A stretch of DNA of 63,894 nt, the filler included, from Octopus bimaculoides (taxonomy: Eukaryota), in assembly GCF_001194135.2 (NCBI RefSeq). It is 6 parts of 5 records of this genome, joined end to end, with 100 filler letters (N's around TTAATTAATTAA, not from the genome) between each part and the next. Parts side by side here need not be neighbours in the genome. Positions count along the whole stretch, not along the records: positions 1 to 24,828 come from NC_068982.1; 5 more parts are not named here. One strand, 5' to 3'. Both the position numbers and the translations under genes were made by a program. Of the stretch, positions 1 through 11,512 are shown one piece after another. The notes under the pieces were generated by a model that was given only the letters and a program-made list of their open reading frames with translations, was not told the DNA's origin and did no database searches. Every line of letters begins with the position of its first letter. Position 1 is the first letter of the stretch.

Positions 1-269
1 GTACAAAAGAAAGCTGTATAAAAGTCAAGGTGTATCTTAATGAGGGCCTACATAAAAAGGAATTAAAAAATTACAAAACGTGCAACAGCAAAATCCAAAA
101 CAAAAATTTCCCTGGCAGAGAACAGCAGTTTAAGTTCTATCAAGGTAACCCTAGAATAACTGCTCCCTTCTAGCCACAAGATGTAAGTATACTCTCTCAT
201 CTCTCGTTTCTCGGCCTACAAATATATGCTCATAGTTTACATGTTGTTATATTTGCAACTCTTATCTAT

Positions 270-1260
270 ATTTCAGTAAATAAACTAGAAAGCAGCACTT
301 CTCTCTCCATCTTCACTTTCCTTTTCAAGCGAAACTTCCAACAGTTGACGCGAGCTTTACCGAAAAGGGAAGTGTCTGTTTTCAGTTCTTTCAGTCTCTT
401 CTACACATAATTCACCGTAATCACCAGACAAAAAAACTACCTGCACTTCCAAGCCAAAAGAAGCAGGTGGAGTGATTTTACAGTATACTCAGCAAACAGC
501 TGAATCCTTCCTACTCGTGACAACAGCTGTTCGACGAAACTCTCCAAAACAGCAATACTCGGACACAGTGTAAAAACAATTTCGTTCCACAGGCCTTGTC
601 TCAGATAGGGCCGGATGCTGACACTTCTGTACTTACAGATTTTGACTAGCATCAACAATGCCGCTGCACTTCTGGAAGTTATTGTTTCTGCGGCTAAAGT
701 CCTTGGAACAGGCCTGTCGGATTCTAATTGATGCCAAGTTTCTCTAAGAATGTCGTCGCTCTTCCCCCACCTCCAGTTCTTCATAGAACGGTAACGTGAA
801 AGTTCTACCATTTGCATACCCGACTGGTTGAGGGTTGTAAGTGCACGACAATATCAGAGATACTAGGAACCCAGTCTTGGACTTAATTGATCCGGAGCTG
901 CAGATCTGTTCAGAATACGAGCCATGGAAATATGTGCCTGACAAAAGGCAACCACACACGCTGAATGTCAAAGAACCATTATGGGTACTGCAACTTCAGC
1001 GCTTACGTATAAGGAGCTAGGCATACCGAGTCCTGCTCTCATGCGGAGGGTATTGAGAGTAGACGGACAGTCTGACAAGTGGAAGGCATTCCTTCCACAA
1101 GAAGAGAAATAGCAAATGTCATAACCTGATCAAATGTGAAGTAGAGGAAGGCATGTTAGTCATGCATTCGGTATCCCTGTCCGACCTTTCAAGGATATCT
1201 TCCTCACGACCCTACTCTACCCCATTTCTTATCCATGTGTCTGTAGCAGTTGGAACACGT
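270..1260 (-). mobile_element. Degenerate Tx1/L1-clade LINE, RT C-terminal region and 3' end
   Basis: Hand translation across frameshifts gives RKISLKGR, FLFLWKECLPLVR, GLGMP, VWLPFVRHIFP, CPSIAVLESFVEQLLSRVGRI and KFRLKRKVKMEREVL. The first four motifs also occur in the copies at 15.6 kb, 30-32 kb and 39.9 kb. It includes ORFs 437..817 and 744..971. Confidence 0.85.
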
Positions 1261-2720
1261 TTGTTTCATGTTGAAATTATCTGTGTCTTCCAAAGTGTGA
1301 AAGACATGTTTGTGTCCTAAGGAATGTCAATGATGACGATGGTGATAAAAGTTTAGTAATTAACAGTGGTGTTGGTTGTAGAGATGGTGTAGTTGCTTTC
1401 GTTGTTCATAACAACGATTTTGTCGATTGTTCCACATGCGATAATTTTCTTATTGTTGTTGTTATAATTATTGATAGTCACTTTTTCAGTGTTATTGTCA
1501 TTTTAATTGTTAATATTTTTTCCATGTTCATTCTCATTATTGTTATTGTTGCTTTGGTTGTTTAGTGTGTCACTGATCCTGTTTAACAATTTTCCACAGT
1601 CTTGTCTACTGACGTTCCAGCTCTCCTCAGAAGTAAGCATTAAATCACAAAAGTAATTTTGAATAAATGGGGAACTTTGGGTGAAACCTCCTTTTCTCTG
1701 TCACTGGCTCATTATCAAATTGCGACTATGCTAAACAATTTGGACAAACAAATATTTTCGAAGAGAAAATTTGTTAGGAGTTATTTTCCCTCAAAGAAGT
1801 TATGAACAAAAGAACTACCAGCCCTCCATGGTGTTGGTCGGTTTAACAACAAACTACACAGCAAAAATTAAAGATAATACGTTTGTACATAGACAAGGTA
1901 ACAAGCTCACAAACCGTTCTTGAATACACCCTTCTGTCATTGGACTAGGTGATGTCTAGAGATTTACGAATAATCTCAACTATATACAACTGTTTCTTAG
2001 TGGTTGTATAGTAAATGGAACTCCAGCATGGATGGAACATAATTTGTTTTATTAAAACTCTTCTCGATATGTATGAAAACTTTTTTGATAAACGTACTGA
2101 TTTGTGGTATATCAATCATGTCTTATAGCGGAAAAGGTAAACATCTAGAAGAAAAAACAATAAGAAAAGAGAAAAATACTTTGACATTTACACTTAAATA
2201 TTCGTAACGATGGAGTATTGAATAAACATTCCAAATTGACATTTTAAAAGGTGGTATCCTTCCAAAACAGCCAATCTGAATTCCCCATCGGCTCTTTGCA
2301 GACTAAATTGTTTGCTCTAAGCTGTTTCCAACCGACCCTCTAACACAGAACTATCTTCTCAATCTGTGACGACGAGCTTTTGCAGATTTGTGGTTAGAGA
2401 TTTACAACTGAATTAATCTTCACAAAAAAATGTTTTCAAAAGAATATAGTGATATATTATTTCTGCAGTCATGTATTAACAGTGGAGCCTCGCCATCAAT
2501 AAAAGCCTTATCATTATATTTTGAAATTTTCCCTCAGTGGCTTCATATGACAACATAAATGTCGCTGTTTGGTACCACTTATATTCATTTCCTCAAGTAA
2601 GATATAATTTATTCGTGACAGAGTTTGTTGGAGAACATTTATATGTAGTGAAATTATGCTGCTATCAGCTGAAGTATGATTGTTAAAATACAGAGTTGTA
2701 GGTTATATTGATTTCAATTT

Positions 2721-3010
2721 TTGGCACGAGTTCAGCAATTTGGGGAAGGAGGTAAGTCGATTGCATCGACCCCAGTACTCAACTGGTACGTATCTGGGAT
2801 TGATGTAATCGATTTACTCCCACCTTGGAAATTACTGGACTTGTGTCAAAATTTCAAACCAATATTGTCGTTCATTCTGGCTCTTTACGTCCTGAGTTCA
2901 AATACCACAAAAGTATACTTTGTCTTTCATCTTCTCAAGGTCGGTAAAATAAAGTACCAGTCAAGTACTGGTGTTGATGTAATCGATTATCTACTCCCCA
3001 ATCACTGGCT
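2721..3010 (+). mobile_element. Degenerate composite SINE fragments
   Basis: Shares atcgaccccagtactcaactggtac, gagttcaaat and ctttcatcttctcaaggtcggtaaaataaagtaccagt with the intact SINE copies. Confidence 0.7.
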
Positions 3011-3254
3011 TTATGGTAACATTTCAAGCAACATTTTTGATTATTCATACTTTGTAATGTTTTAATAATCTGATTGAAATTTTAAAACAGTAATGTGTTG
3101 GGCAAAATATAATGAGTAGTTTCTGACAAAGCCATTAAAATATATAACGTGTTATTGTCTCGTCGTTTCGGGTTACTGGTTTCGTATCTACCAAATAAAG
3201 AGTAAGATTGTAACTTATTTCACATCGATACAGTTTCTTGGTTGGCATATATTA

Positions 3255-3660
3255 TGACAAGCATGGCACGTGGTAGGAAGCTTGCTTACGATACTGGATT
3301 CAGTCCCACTATGTGGTAGCTTTGTCAAGTGTCTTCTACTATAGCTCCAGGCCGACCAAAGCTTTGTGAGTGGATTTGATTGACGGAAACTAAAAGGTGG
3401 CGAGCTGGCAGAAACGTTAGCACGCCGGGCGAAATGCTTAGCGGTATTTCGTCTGTCGCTACGTTCTGAGTTCAAATTCCGCCGATGTCGACTTTGCCTT
3501 TCATCCTTTCGGGGGTCGATTAAATAAGTACCAGTTACGCACTGGGTCGATATAATCGACTTAATCCGTGTTTGTCCTTGTTTGTCCCCTCTGTGTGTAG
3601 CCCCTAATTGGCAGTAACGAAATAAGGAAACTAAAAGATGTCCGTCGTATGTATGTATAT
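3255..3660 (+). mobile_element. tRNA-derived SINE (family B, CORE-like), interrupted by a nested SINE
   Basis: gtggtaggaagcttgctt...caagtgtcttctactatagc...gtgagtggattt...gacggaaact, resuming after 3625. Homologous to 19400-19575 and 37719-37885. Confidence 0.85.
3397..3625 (+). mobile_element. tRNA-derived SINE (family A), nested, with 12-bp TSD
   Basis: ggcgagctggcagaaacgttagc (A box), gagttcaaattcc (B box) and gtcgactttgcctttcatcctttcggg. Flanked by the direct repeat GGAAACTAAAAG at 3385-3396 and 3626-3637. Confidence 0.9.
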
Positions 3661-4069
3661 ATGTGTTATGGAAAAAATAATAATAATAGAACACCCCTTC
3701 CACGTGACGAGTGGTATGTGTTAGTTGTTACAAATGCTGTGACGTTGAGCAGCCGGTCGATAGATAGTCGTGAATTACTTGTCTAACTAACTATACTGCT
3801 ATACTGTAGTGGACGTTATAACAGTCTGACGTTGGATTTCAACATTATGTATGTATTTATTGGGCGCTAATGAAACCCAGTACAACCTGTTGCATGGTCG
3901 GGTCGTCGGCGACTACATTGGCAGTCTCATCGAGCTTGGTGAGGTGGTTGATTGTTGGACACCCTGCAGAACGAAAAATGTCAAAGGGTGGAAGAACTCA
4001 TGAGCAGTCAACGGCCATCCAACAATATGTGTACATGTGTATGTATGCATGTATGTGCAGGGACGTGAT

Positions 4070-4400
4070 TACGAAACGCATAAGGAAAATGCTATACTTG
4101 TTAAAAGGAAGAAAAGGAGTATACAGGAGACACATGAATCAACCTTGTACCCAGGTGCATGGTTACCCCCGAGGAATGGAAGGCTCCTCCGATATAAAAG
4201 CATCTCCCAAGGAAAAAGAAACTTTGAGAGAAAACCTGTGACACTGAAAATATTCCATGATGTTGACTAGTTCTTCTTTTGGACTTTATGTTGCCAATGT
4301 TCAGAGAGTGGGATTGGATTGGTGCAAATCCTTTCCCCACAATAAAAAAAAAATCATCATGCACAGGCATCGCTTGAAAAAAAGTGAGACCTATAAAAAA
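4070..4400 (+). mobile_element. Highly degenerate CR1/L2-like LINE 3' remnant
   Basis: Translation ...PPRNGRLLR...LKIFHDVD*FF loosely resembles the CR1 C-terminal YEERL...FKI.HG.D..FF region. Confidence 0.35.
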
Positions 4401-4479
4401 AATGGCTGGTCTTAGCCTTCGCATGTGTGGGACTTTCGATCAGGTGATGGCAATACTCGAACACGAGTTTGTAGCCATC

Positions 4480-4555
4480 ATGTATGTATGTATGTATGTA
4501 TGTATGTATGTGTGTATGTGTGTGTGTGTATGCGTGTGTGTATGTATGTATATGC

Positions 4556-4588
<33 letters not shown>

Positions 4589-4672
4589 TGTATGTATGTG
4601 TGCGTGTATGCATGCATGAGTGTGTGCATGTGTGTGTGTGCGTGTGTGTGCGTGTGTGTGTGTGTGTGTGTG
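4480..4672. repeat. (ATGT)n/(GT)n compound microsatellite
   Basis: Directly visible; source of the spurious YVCM/THTH ORFs. Confidence 0.98.
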
Positions 4673-4689
4673 AGACTTTCTGTTGGTCC

Positions 4690-4875
4690 TCTGGCTCTGC
4701 TTGACAACCAGTGTTGGTTTGTTTACGTCCGCGTAACCTAGCGGTTCGGCAAAAGTAGACTCATACAACAAGTACTAGGCTATATATAAGTACTGGGGGT
4801 TGGATTTGTTCGACTAAAAACTCCAAAGCGGTGCCCCAGCATGGCAGCAGTCCTATGACTGAAACAAGTAAAAGG
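4690..4875 (+). mobile_element. Dispersed SINE-like repeat, 3' half
   Basis: gtaacctagcggttcggcaaaag...actgggg...gactgaaacaagtaaaag. Related copies at about 20620-20800 (+), 38930-39010 (+), 17560-17720 (-), 44730-44890 (-) and 53170-53345 (-). Confidence 0.75.
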
Positions 4876-5226
4876 CATAAAATGTAGCTGTGTGGGCAGG
4901 TGCACATAGACGAAGGGGTTGCGCCCTTCCCACGGTCATCACAGCCTCACAAAACCGGTAAGATGAAGGCAATGAATTAATAATATGTTTTATATGCATG
5001 CACATTGAATTATTTATGACTAAAGCATAGAAAATTTTTTACATGAACTTCATATTTATAGCTTGTTGCACGAATCATATGTTAGGCTTCTTTTTTGTAA
5101 ACCACTTGGAGTGCTTAAGGTTAACATGATTAATTAAACAATAAACGCGGGTACAAAACCACAAAGCTAATATATATATTAGTCATATGGCTTACAGTCA
5201 TCTAAGCTATTGCTTAAAATATTACA

Positions 5227-5266
<40 letters not shown>

Positions 5267-5289
5267 ATTTTTTATTTATATGTTGTCAT

Positions 5290-5716
5290 GTTAGTTATTT
5301 CTTTATTGCCCACATGGGACTAAACATAAAGGGGACAAACATCGACCCAGTGTGTAACTGGTACTTATTTAATCGACCCCGAAAAGGTGTAAGGCAAAGT
5401 CGACCTCCGCGGAATTTGAACTCAGAACATAAAGACAGACGAATTACAGCTAAGCATTTCCGCCCGGCCTACTAACATTTCTTATTTCTTTATTGCCCAC
5501 AAGGGGCTAAACATAGAAGGGACAAACAAGGATAGACAAAGGGATTAAGTTGATTACATCGACCCCAGTACGTAACTGGTACTTAATTTATCGACCGCGA
5601 AAGGATGAAAAGCAAAGTTGACCTCGGTGGAATTTGAACTCAGAACGTAACTGCAGACGAAATACTGCTAAACATTTCGCCCGGCGTTCTAACATTTCTG
5701 CTAGCTCGCCGCCTTT
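5290..5716 (-). mobile_element. Two tandem family A SINE copies
   Basis: Reverse complement of the 3397-3625 SINE occurs twice and ends at ctagctcgccgcc. Confidence 0.9.
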
Positions 5717-6220
5717 GTTGATGTCATGTTGTTAATGAAAACTCTAAACCGTTTCTAAAATATCATTGGAACCCTTTTTTTTTGCACTTGTTGTTTATAT
5801 GTATCTTATGGTATCTGTAATAAATCATTGATTAAAACAGATAACTTTCAATTCGTAGAGATATCGAAATTTACAAACAACACAAATATTGAATAATAGA
5901 AGCCTTTATCTCCCTTACCATACGTCAAATGGAAGTTATTCCCCTTTGTAATAAATATGAATTTAAAATGAGTTATCTTCCTTAGATAATAATCTGGGCA
6001 GCATCCCGTACCTTAAAATAATCCATAGACAAATGTTTTTCTTTGTGTGTTTATTGGTTTGCTCCTGTATTGAATAATGTGAAGTAACTATTGAAGGATC
6101 TCACCTCTATTTTTACTAAATGGCTTGTTTAAACTGAGTGATGTAAGTCTTATTTATTTTTTCCTGTTAACTACGATGGTTTGTTATTGTTGTCGTTAAG
6201 CGCTGACCTTATGAGTGAAA

Positions 6221-6606
6221 AGTGGAGGAGCAATGGCCCAGTGGTTACGGCAGCGGACTCGCGGTCATAGGATCGCGGTTTCGATTCCTAGACCGGGCGT
6301 TGTGAGTGTTTATTGAGCGAAAACGCCTAAAGCTCCACGAGGCTCCGGCAGGGGATGGTGGCGAACCCTGCTGTACTCTTTCACCACAACTTTCTCTCAC
6401 TCTTGCTTCCTGTTTCTGTTGTGCCTGTAATTCAAAGGGTCGGCCTTGTCACACTGTGTCACGCTGAATATCCCCGAGAACTACGTTAAGGGTACACGTG
6501 TCTGTGGAGTGCTCAGCCACTTGCACGTTAATTTCACGAGCAGGCTGTTCCGTTGATCGGATCAACTGGAACCCTCGATGTCGTAAGCGACGGAGTGCCA
6601 ACAACA
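6221..6606 (+). mobile_element. Full-length tRNA-derived SINE (OK/Ceph-SINE-like, family D)
   Basis: tRNA head ggcccagtggttacggcagcgg...ggtttcgattcc; body gttaagggtacacgtgtctgtggagtgctcagccacttgcacg. A second copy lies at 29303-29644. Confidence 0.9.
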
Positions 6607-6959
6607 TATGTGTGAAGATATTCCAATCGTGGTCATTCCATCTTATTTTCAGATTTTGCAGTCTAAAATTATATAGGACCATATCATATGAAGCATAAGA
6701 CTAACGATTTGGGACAGTAAATGTTAGTAATTTAAGGACAATGCCATCAAAGTTTAAAGAGTTGGGATTGACTGATACCATCCTATTTCTATACTTGACT
6801 AATCCTTATCTTATACACATTGAAAGGATCAAAGTGGGATTTGAACTTAGTATATGGAGAGCTGGAAGAAATACTACAATGTAGTTTTATAATGTTCCCA
6901 CAATTCTTCCAGCTGTCCACTTTGTCAGTTCTAAAAATTATTTCTAGTTTTGGAATTAG

Positions 6960-7120
6960 GGAAGTAATTTTATGAGGATGGAGGATGTGATTACACTGAC
7001 CCCTGTGCTGATTTGGTACTTGTTTTATCAATCCCCAAAATGATGAAAGACAAAGTCGACCTTGATGGTATTTGAACTCAGAATATGAGGAGCTGGAAGA
7101 AACACAGCTAAGCATTATGT
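6960..7120 (-). mobile_element. Degenerate family A SINE
   Basis: gatgaaagacaaagtcgaccttgatggtatttgaactcagaa matches the family A reverse complement. Confidence 0.75.
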
Positions 7121-7155
7121 CCAGTGATCTATGATACTAAAAACAACAGCAACAC

Positions 7156-7159
<4 letters not shown>

Positions 7160-7188
<29 letters not shown>

Positions 7189-7610
7189 TGTTTAATGTCT
7201 ATTTTCCTTGCTAGCATGGTTTGGATGGTTTGATAGGAGCTGGCCAGCCAGAGAGCTGTCCAGGCTCCAACTGTCTGTTTTGGCATGGTTTCTACAGCTG
7301 GATGCCCTTCTTAATGCCAACCACTTTACAGATTGTGCTGGGAGTTTTTTTTTTTTTACATGTCACCAGCACAAGTGCATTAACATCACCCCCAGGACAA
7401 ATACATTTGATGTGGCATTGGCACAAGTGCATTTTACATGGCACCAGCACCTGCAACACAAAGGCCTCTCAGTTGGAAGAGGGAGAGGGGCCATAGCCAT
7501 AAAGGGCATGCCTATATGTATGAATGACTGAAATTTTACTTAGCTTGATGTGTCTTCTCAAGTGCAGCAAATCACCACAAGTCTTGGTCATTTGTCATCT
7601 CCTCAGGGAA
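7160..7610 (-). mobile_element. RTE-tail-type retroposon 3' end with (GAT)n tail
   Basis: catcatcat...tttaatgtc...tacagctggatgcccttc motif. Related copies at 9368-9560 and 10752-10920. Confidence 0.7.
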
Positions 7611-8029
7611 GCATAATAATAATGGTTTCTGATTTTGGCATAGGCCTAAAATTTTGAGGAAAAGGGGTTATCCCCCTTACTTGACTGGTACCGTATTTTA
7701 TTGACTGCTGAAGGATGAATGACAATATTGATTGTAATGGGATTTCAAATCAAAACATAGAGAGTCAGAAGGCATTTCTCCCCAGTGCTTTAATCATTCT
7801 ACCAACCCACCACAAATGCACAAGGACCAGCAATTTTGGATGAAGGAGATTAATCAATACCATTCACCTGTTACTTGACTGGTACTTTAATTTATCAATC
7901 CTGAATGGATACATGACAAAATTGAGAATCATGAGAGTTTGAACTTCAAATGTAAACAAACCACATTATGCACAATGAGATATTTTGTTCAATGTCATAT
8001 TTAGCAAAAGTAGCATCAGTATTAGTATG

Positions 8030-8068
8030 CCACTATTGCTGCTGCTACTGCCGCTACTGCTGCTCCTT

Positions 8069-8122
<54 letters not shown>

Positions 8123-8135
8123 TTACTACTACTCC
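8030..8135. repeat. (CTA)n/(CTG)n microsatellite
   Basis: Directly visible. Confidence 0.97.
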
Positions 8136-8139
8136 TTTT

Positions 8140-8335
8140 TACTATAGGCACAAAGCCTAAAATTTTTGGGGAGAGTATAAGTTGATTATATCAACCCCAG
8201 TGATTTTATTGACCCTGAATGAATGAAAGGCAAAGTCGATCTTGGCGGAATTTGAAATCAGAACATAAAGACAGACAAATGTCCTTAAGCATTTCACTCG
8301 GCATGGTAACAATTCTGCTAGCTCGCCACCTTAAT
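8140..8335 (-). mobile_element. Family A SINE
   Basis: tgaaaggcaaagtcgatcttggcggaatttgaaatcagaac...ctagctcgccacc. Confidence 0.85.
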
Positions 8336-8349
8336 AATAATAGTAATAA

Positions 8350-8856
8350 TGTCCTGATGCAGTACCAGGCACTGGCTCTCATGGCTTTTGATCTTAACTG
8401 ATTCAAAGTGTTGTCATGTGCATATTTTGTCTTGGTATATTCTGCTCAATACTGCAGATTTTCTTGTTAGTTGTTTGACTTTAACCAGTTGAGCAAGTCC
8501 CTTAATGACTGACAATATGTTCATCTCTGATCATGAGCAGAAGAAGTGGGGGAGCATCGTAGCCGTGTGTTAAGAGGAATTCTTTGGGGTTTGAATAATT
8601 CACCCCTGGAAACATGGGTGTTTCATTCATTATCCTTAAACAAACCTTATTCAGGGACCTTTTGAGTGGGATGGGCTACTCAACCTGAAGAAAATTCTAA
8701 CTGGACCTCACTTGCGAGGTCATGTGCTGTTTACCTTGATATGAGATCACCATGTCGCACAGATACAGTTATGATGCATGTGCCTGGTGTACCCTTTTGA
8801 AACCAATATCTCATGATCATGGGTCCAGTACTCTAACCACTTGGCCACATGTTTCC
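8350..8856 (-). mobile_element. Longer tRNA-headed SINE-like repeat
   Basis: The minus strand begins with a tRNA-like head (gtggccaagtggttagagtactggacccatgatcatgagat). Confidence 0.55.
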
Positions 8857-9367
8857 AATACTCTGAAGGTAGAAGTGACTAATTCTGAAGAAAGTTTTAC
8901 TTTCCAATTTAGTTGAAAATGGGCAGCATTGAAAAAGAAATCTAACAGGGAATCATATGAATGATAACTTTTAAAACAGTAAATAATTTTAAAAGTATCT
9001 GACAAAATCTGTATATTCTAGTAAAGCAGCATTATTGGCTGAATGAAAAGGTGTCAATCTTAAGAAAAATTTGCTCGTGATCATAAGAATTATCAATTTT
9101 CAAGCATGAAAAAATATAAAAGTTATCTTTTTCTGTTGAAAAAAAATGTAAAAATTTATTAACTGCTCTATTTTAGTATCAATTTGTGAGCAAAAGGCTA
9201 TAATTCTAAAGAAAGAAATATTGCATGTTCTAAATTAGGTGTAAATAATTAATAATTCAATTTATCTTTTCTACTTGATGATGTGATGATCTATTTTAGT
9301 TTGGTAGCTGAAACTATTTTGCACTTTTTTAATCATATGAAAATTACCAATAGTTCAAATTCTGGGA

Positions 9368-9560
9368 ATCATCATCATCATCATCATCATCACCATCATC
9401 ATCGTTTAACGTCTGTTTTCTGTACTGGCATGGATTGGACGGTTTAACAGGAGCTGGCCAACCTGAGAGCTGTCCAGGGTCCAATTATCTGTTTTGGCAT
9501 GGTGTTTACAGCTGGATGCCCTTCCTAATGCCAACCACATTACAGAGTGTGCTACATTAA
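9368..9560 (-). mobile_element. RTE-tail-type retroposon 3' end
   Basis: Same catcatcgtttaacgtc...gctggatgcccttcctaatgccaacc motif as 7160 and 10752. Confidence 0.75.
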
Positions 9561-9608
9561 ATAAGCTGAAAAATATCTATTCTAATAGATAATGACTCTC
9601 TTAAATTC

Positions 9609-9826
9609 AAAATAAATTAATATCACTTAAGACATATAAACCTAAGTTGGATAAAAATGCATAAAATTTCAAATTTCTGTCAGATATTGAGCCAACGAAA
9701 ATGGGTAAAATATATAATGGGTAAAATTCACCATTTTCATTGGCTCAATACCTGAGAGAAATTTGAAATTTTATGCATTTTTATCCAACTTAGGTTTACA
9801 TGTCTTAAGTGATATTAATTTATTTT
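9609..9826. repeat. Long inverted repeat / foldback (MITE-like)
   Basis: Arms 9609-9704 and 9731-9826 (96 bp) are reverse complements with about 4 mismatches, around a 26-bp spacer. Confidence 0.95.
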
Positions 9827-10751
9827 ATATAAATTAATATTATATATATAATATATATATATATATTATATAATTCACCACAAGAATATCATGTTTCAAG
9901 TTTATTCTGGCCTGACACTTCTTATTTACGACCCACCACTGATATAGGCAGACACAGCTCATATATATCTATCCTTTACCACCTTTAAGACCTTTAAGAT
10001 CTCTGTATCTATATCTATTTTATCGCTTTATCTTCTTCTTCGACATTTAGATTTTTCGCCAGCCCGTCTAAATAGATTAGATATATCTTACTTGACTATC
10101 CAGATTTTCTCTTATTGTTTCTTAGATTACCCACCCCACCGATTTGACTCCTTTTATGTTTTATTTTATTTTAGTTTTATTTTTGTATGAATATCTATGT
10201 ATTATTTTTTCTTTTCTTCTTAGTATTTTATATTTTATATTCCTATTTTATATTCCTATTTTATTTTATATTATTATTTCATTTTTGTTATGTTATTTTA
10301 TTATATTGTTTTTAACCACCAACTTAACACTACACACTGAATTGTGGCAAGGTATGGACGGATTCCGGAGTACCGAGGAAATTATGTATAAATATATCAA
10401 ATTAAGAATTCTACGAGGTATAGTACAATACAAAATACCAAACGGAACGTCACCTCTTATATCTCATCTTTCTTCCTCCTTTAACGCCTATGTGATATAA
10501 TTCTTGGGAGAGAATACATTTGCGGCTGAAGATAGCTTTATATTGTCAATTATACACTGATGTAACAACTATAAAGNNNNNNNNNNNNNNNNNNNNNNNN
10601 NNNNNNNNNNNNNNNNNNNNNNNNNNNNNNNNNNNNNNNNNNNNNNNNNNNNNNNNNNNNNNNNNNNNNNNNNNNNNNNNNNNNNNNNNNNNNNNNNNNN
10701 NNNNNNNNNNNNNNNNNNNNNNNNNNNNNNNNNNNNNNNNTATATATATAT

Positions 10752-10920
10752 ATATCATCATTTAACGTCTGCTTTCCATGCTAGCATGGGTTGGACGATT
10801 TGACTGAGGACTGGCAAGCCAGAAGGCTGCTCCAGGCTCCAATCTGATCTGGCAGAGTTTCTACAGCTGGATGCCCTTCCTAACGCCAATCACTCCGAGA
10901 GTGTAGTGGGTGCTTTTACA
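10752..10920 (-). mobile_element. RTE-tail-type retroposon 3' end
   Basis: catcatttaacgtc...ctacagctggatgcccttcctaacgccaatc. Confidence 0.75.
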
Positions 10921-11059
10921 GGAAAATGCTTAATAGTTGTGGATAGCATTATTTATTTATCTAATGATGGTTTGGTCTGGAGAAAGTGACTGTACTTCTG
11001 GTCATCACATGCTCTCAGACAATGGTGAGACTGATGTGATTAATGTTGCTGTCTTGAAC

Positions 11060-11400
11060 AACTGAAAGTTGATAACTTCAAGATTAAACATGAGCAATAG
11101 AGGAAGGATTGGACAAAGTATTCAGCATAAGAGCTGAGGATTGGGGGTGAACACAACATGGAGTGATGACAGGTGGGGTGATATGAACGAGTTGGGTGGG
11201 TGTTAGTGGAGGTGACAGAAAATACTTTAGCTTCAGAGAACAGAGAATAAAAAGGCAGAATAAGAGTATAGCTACATGATCATATATATGTTCCACGCTT
11301 GTATACCAGGAGCCTGTGTAAAGGAAGTACGCACACTATTTTACATTAATGACAATTTCAACCACACACTCAGCATCTTTAGGAATAATTCATAATCTAA
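11060..11400 (-). mobile_element. Possible degenerate CR1/L2-like LINE 3' remnant
   Basis: ORF 11084..11296 (LFCLF...CSLKL...SPPLTPT...CVHP) loosely resembles the CR1-type C-terminus. Confidence 0.3.
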
Positions 11401-11512
11401 GGAAATGAATCGCCTCGTTGTCAGTGGATGAGGCAGATTCCACACAACCTCACAATACTACAATAATAGCATTGTAGAACAGCGGTTTGTTGGAGCTGAT
11501 CCACTATATGTT

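Noticed and set aside
437-817. 126-aa ORF with a donor-like CAG|GTAG end as a host exon
   Set aside because: Flanking frames continue into Tx1 LINE motifs, so it is part of a decayed retrotransposon.
6221-6300. tRNA gene (also other A/B-box sequences)
   Set aside because: These are SINE heads continuing into SINE bodies, with no complete cloverleaf.
8850-8950. Minus-strand candidate exon DFFFNAAHFQLNWKVKLSSELVTSTFR
   Set aside because: The donor is weak and no compatible neighbouring exon was found.
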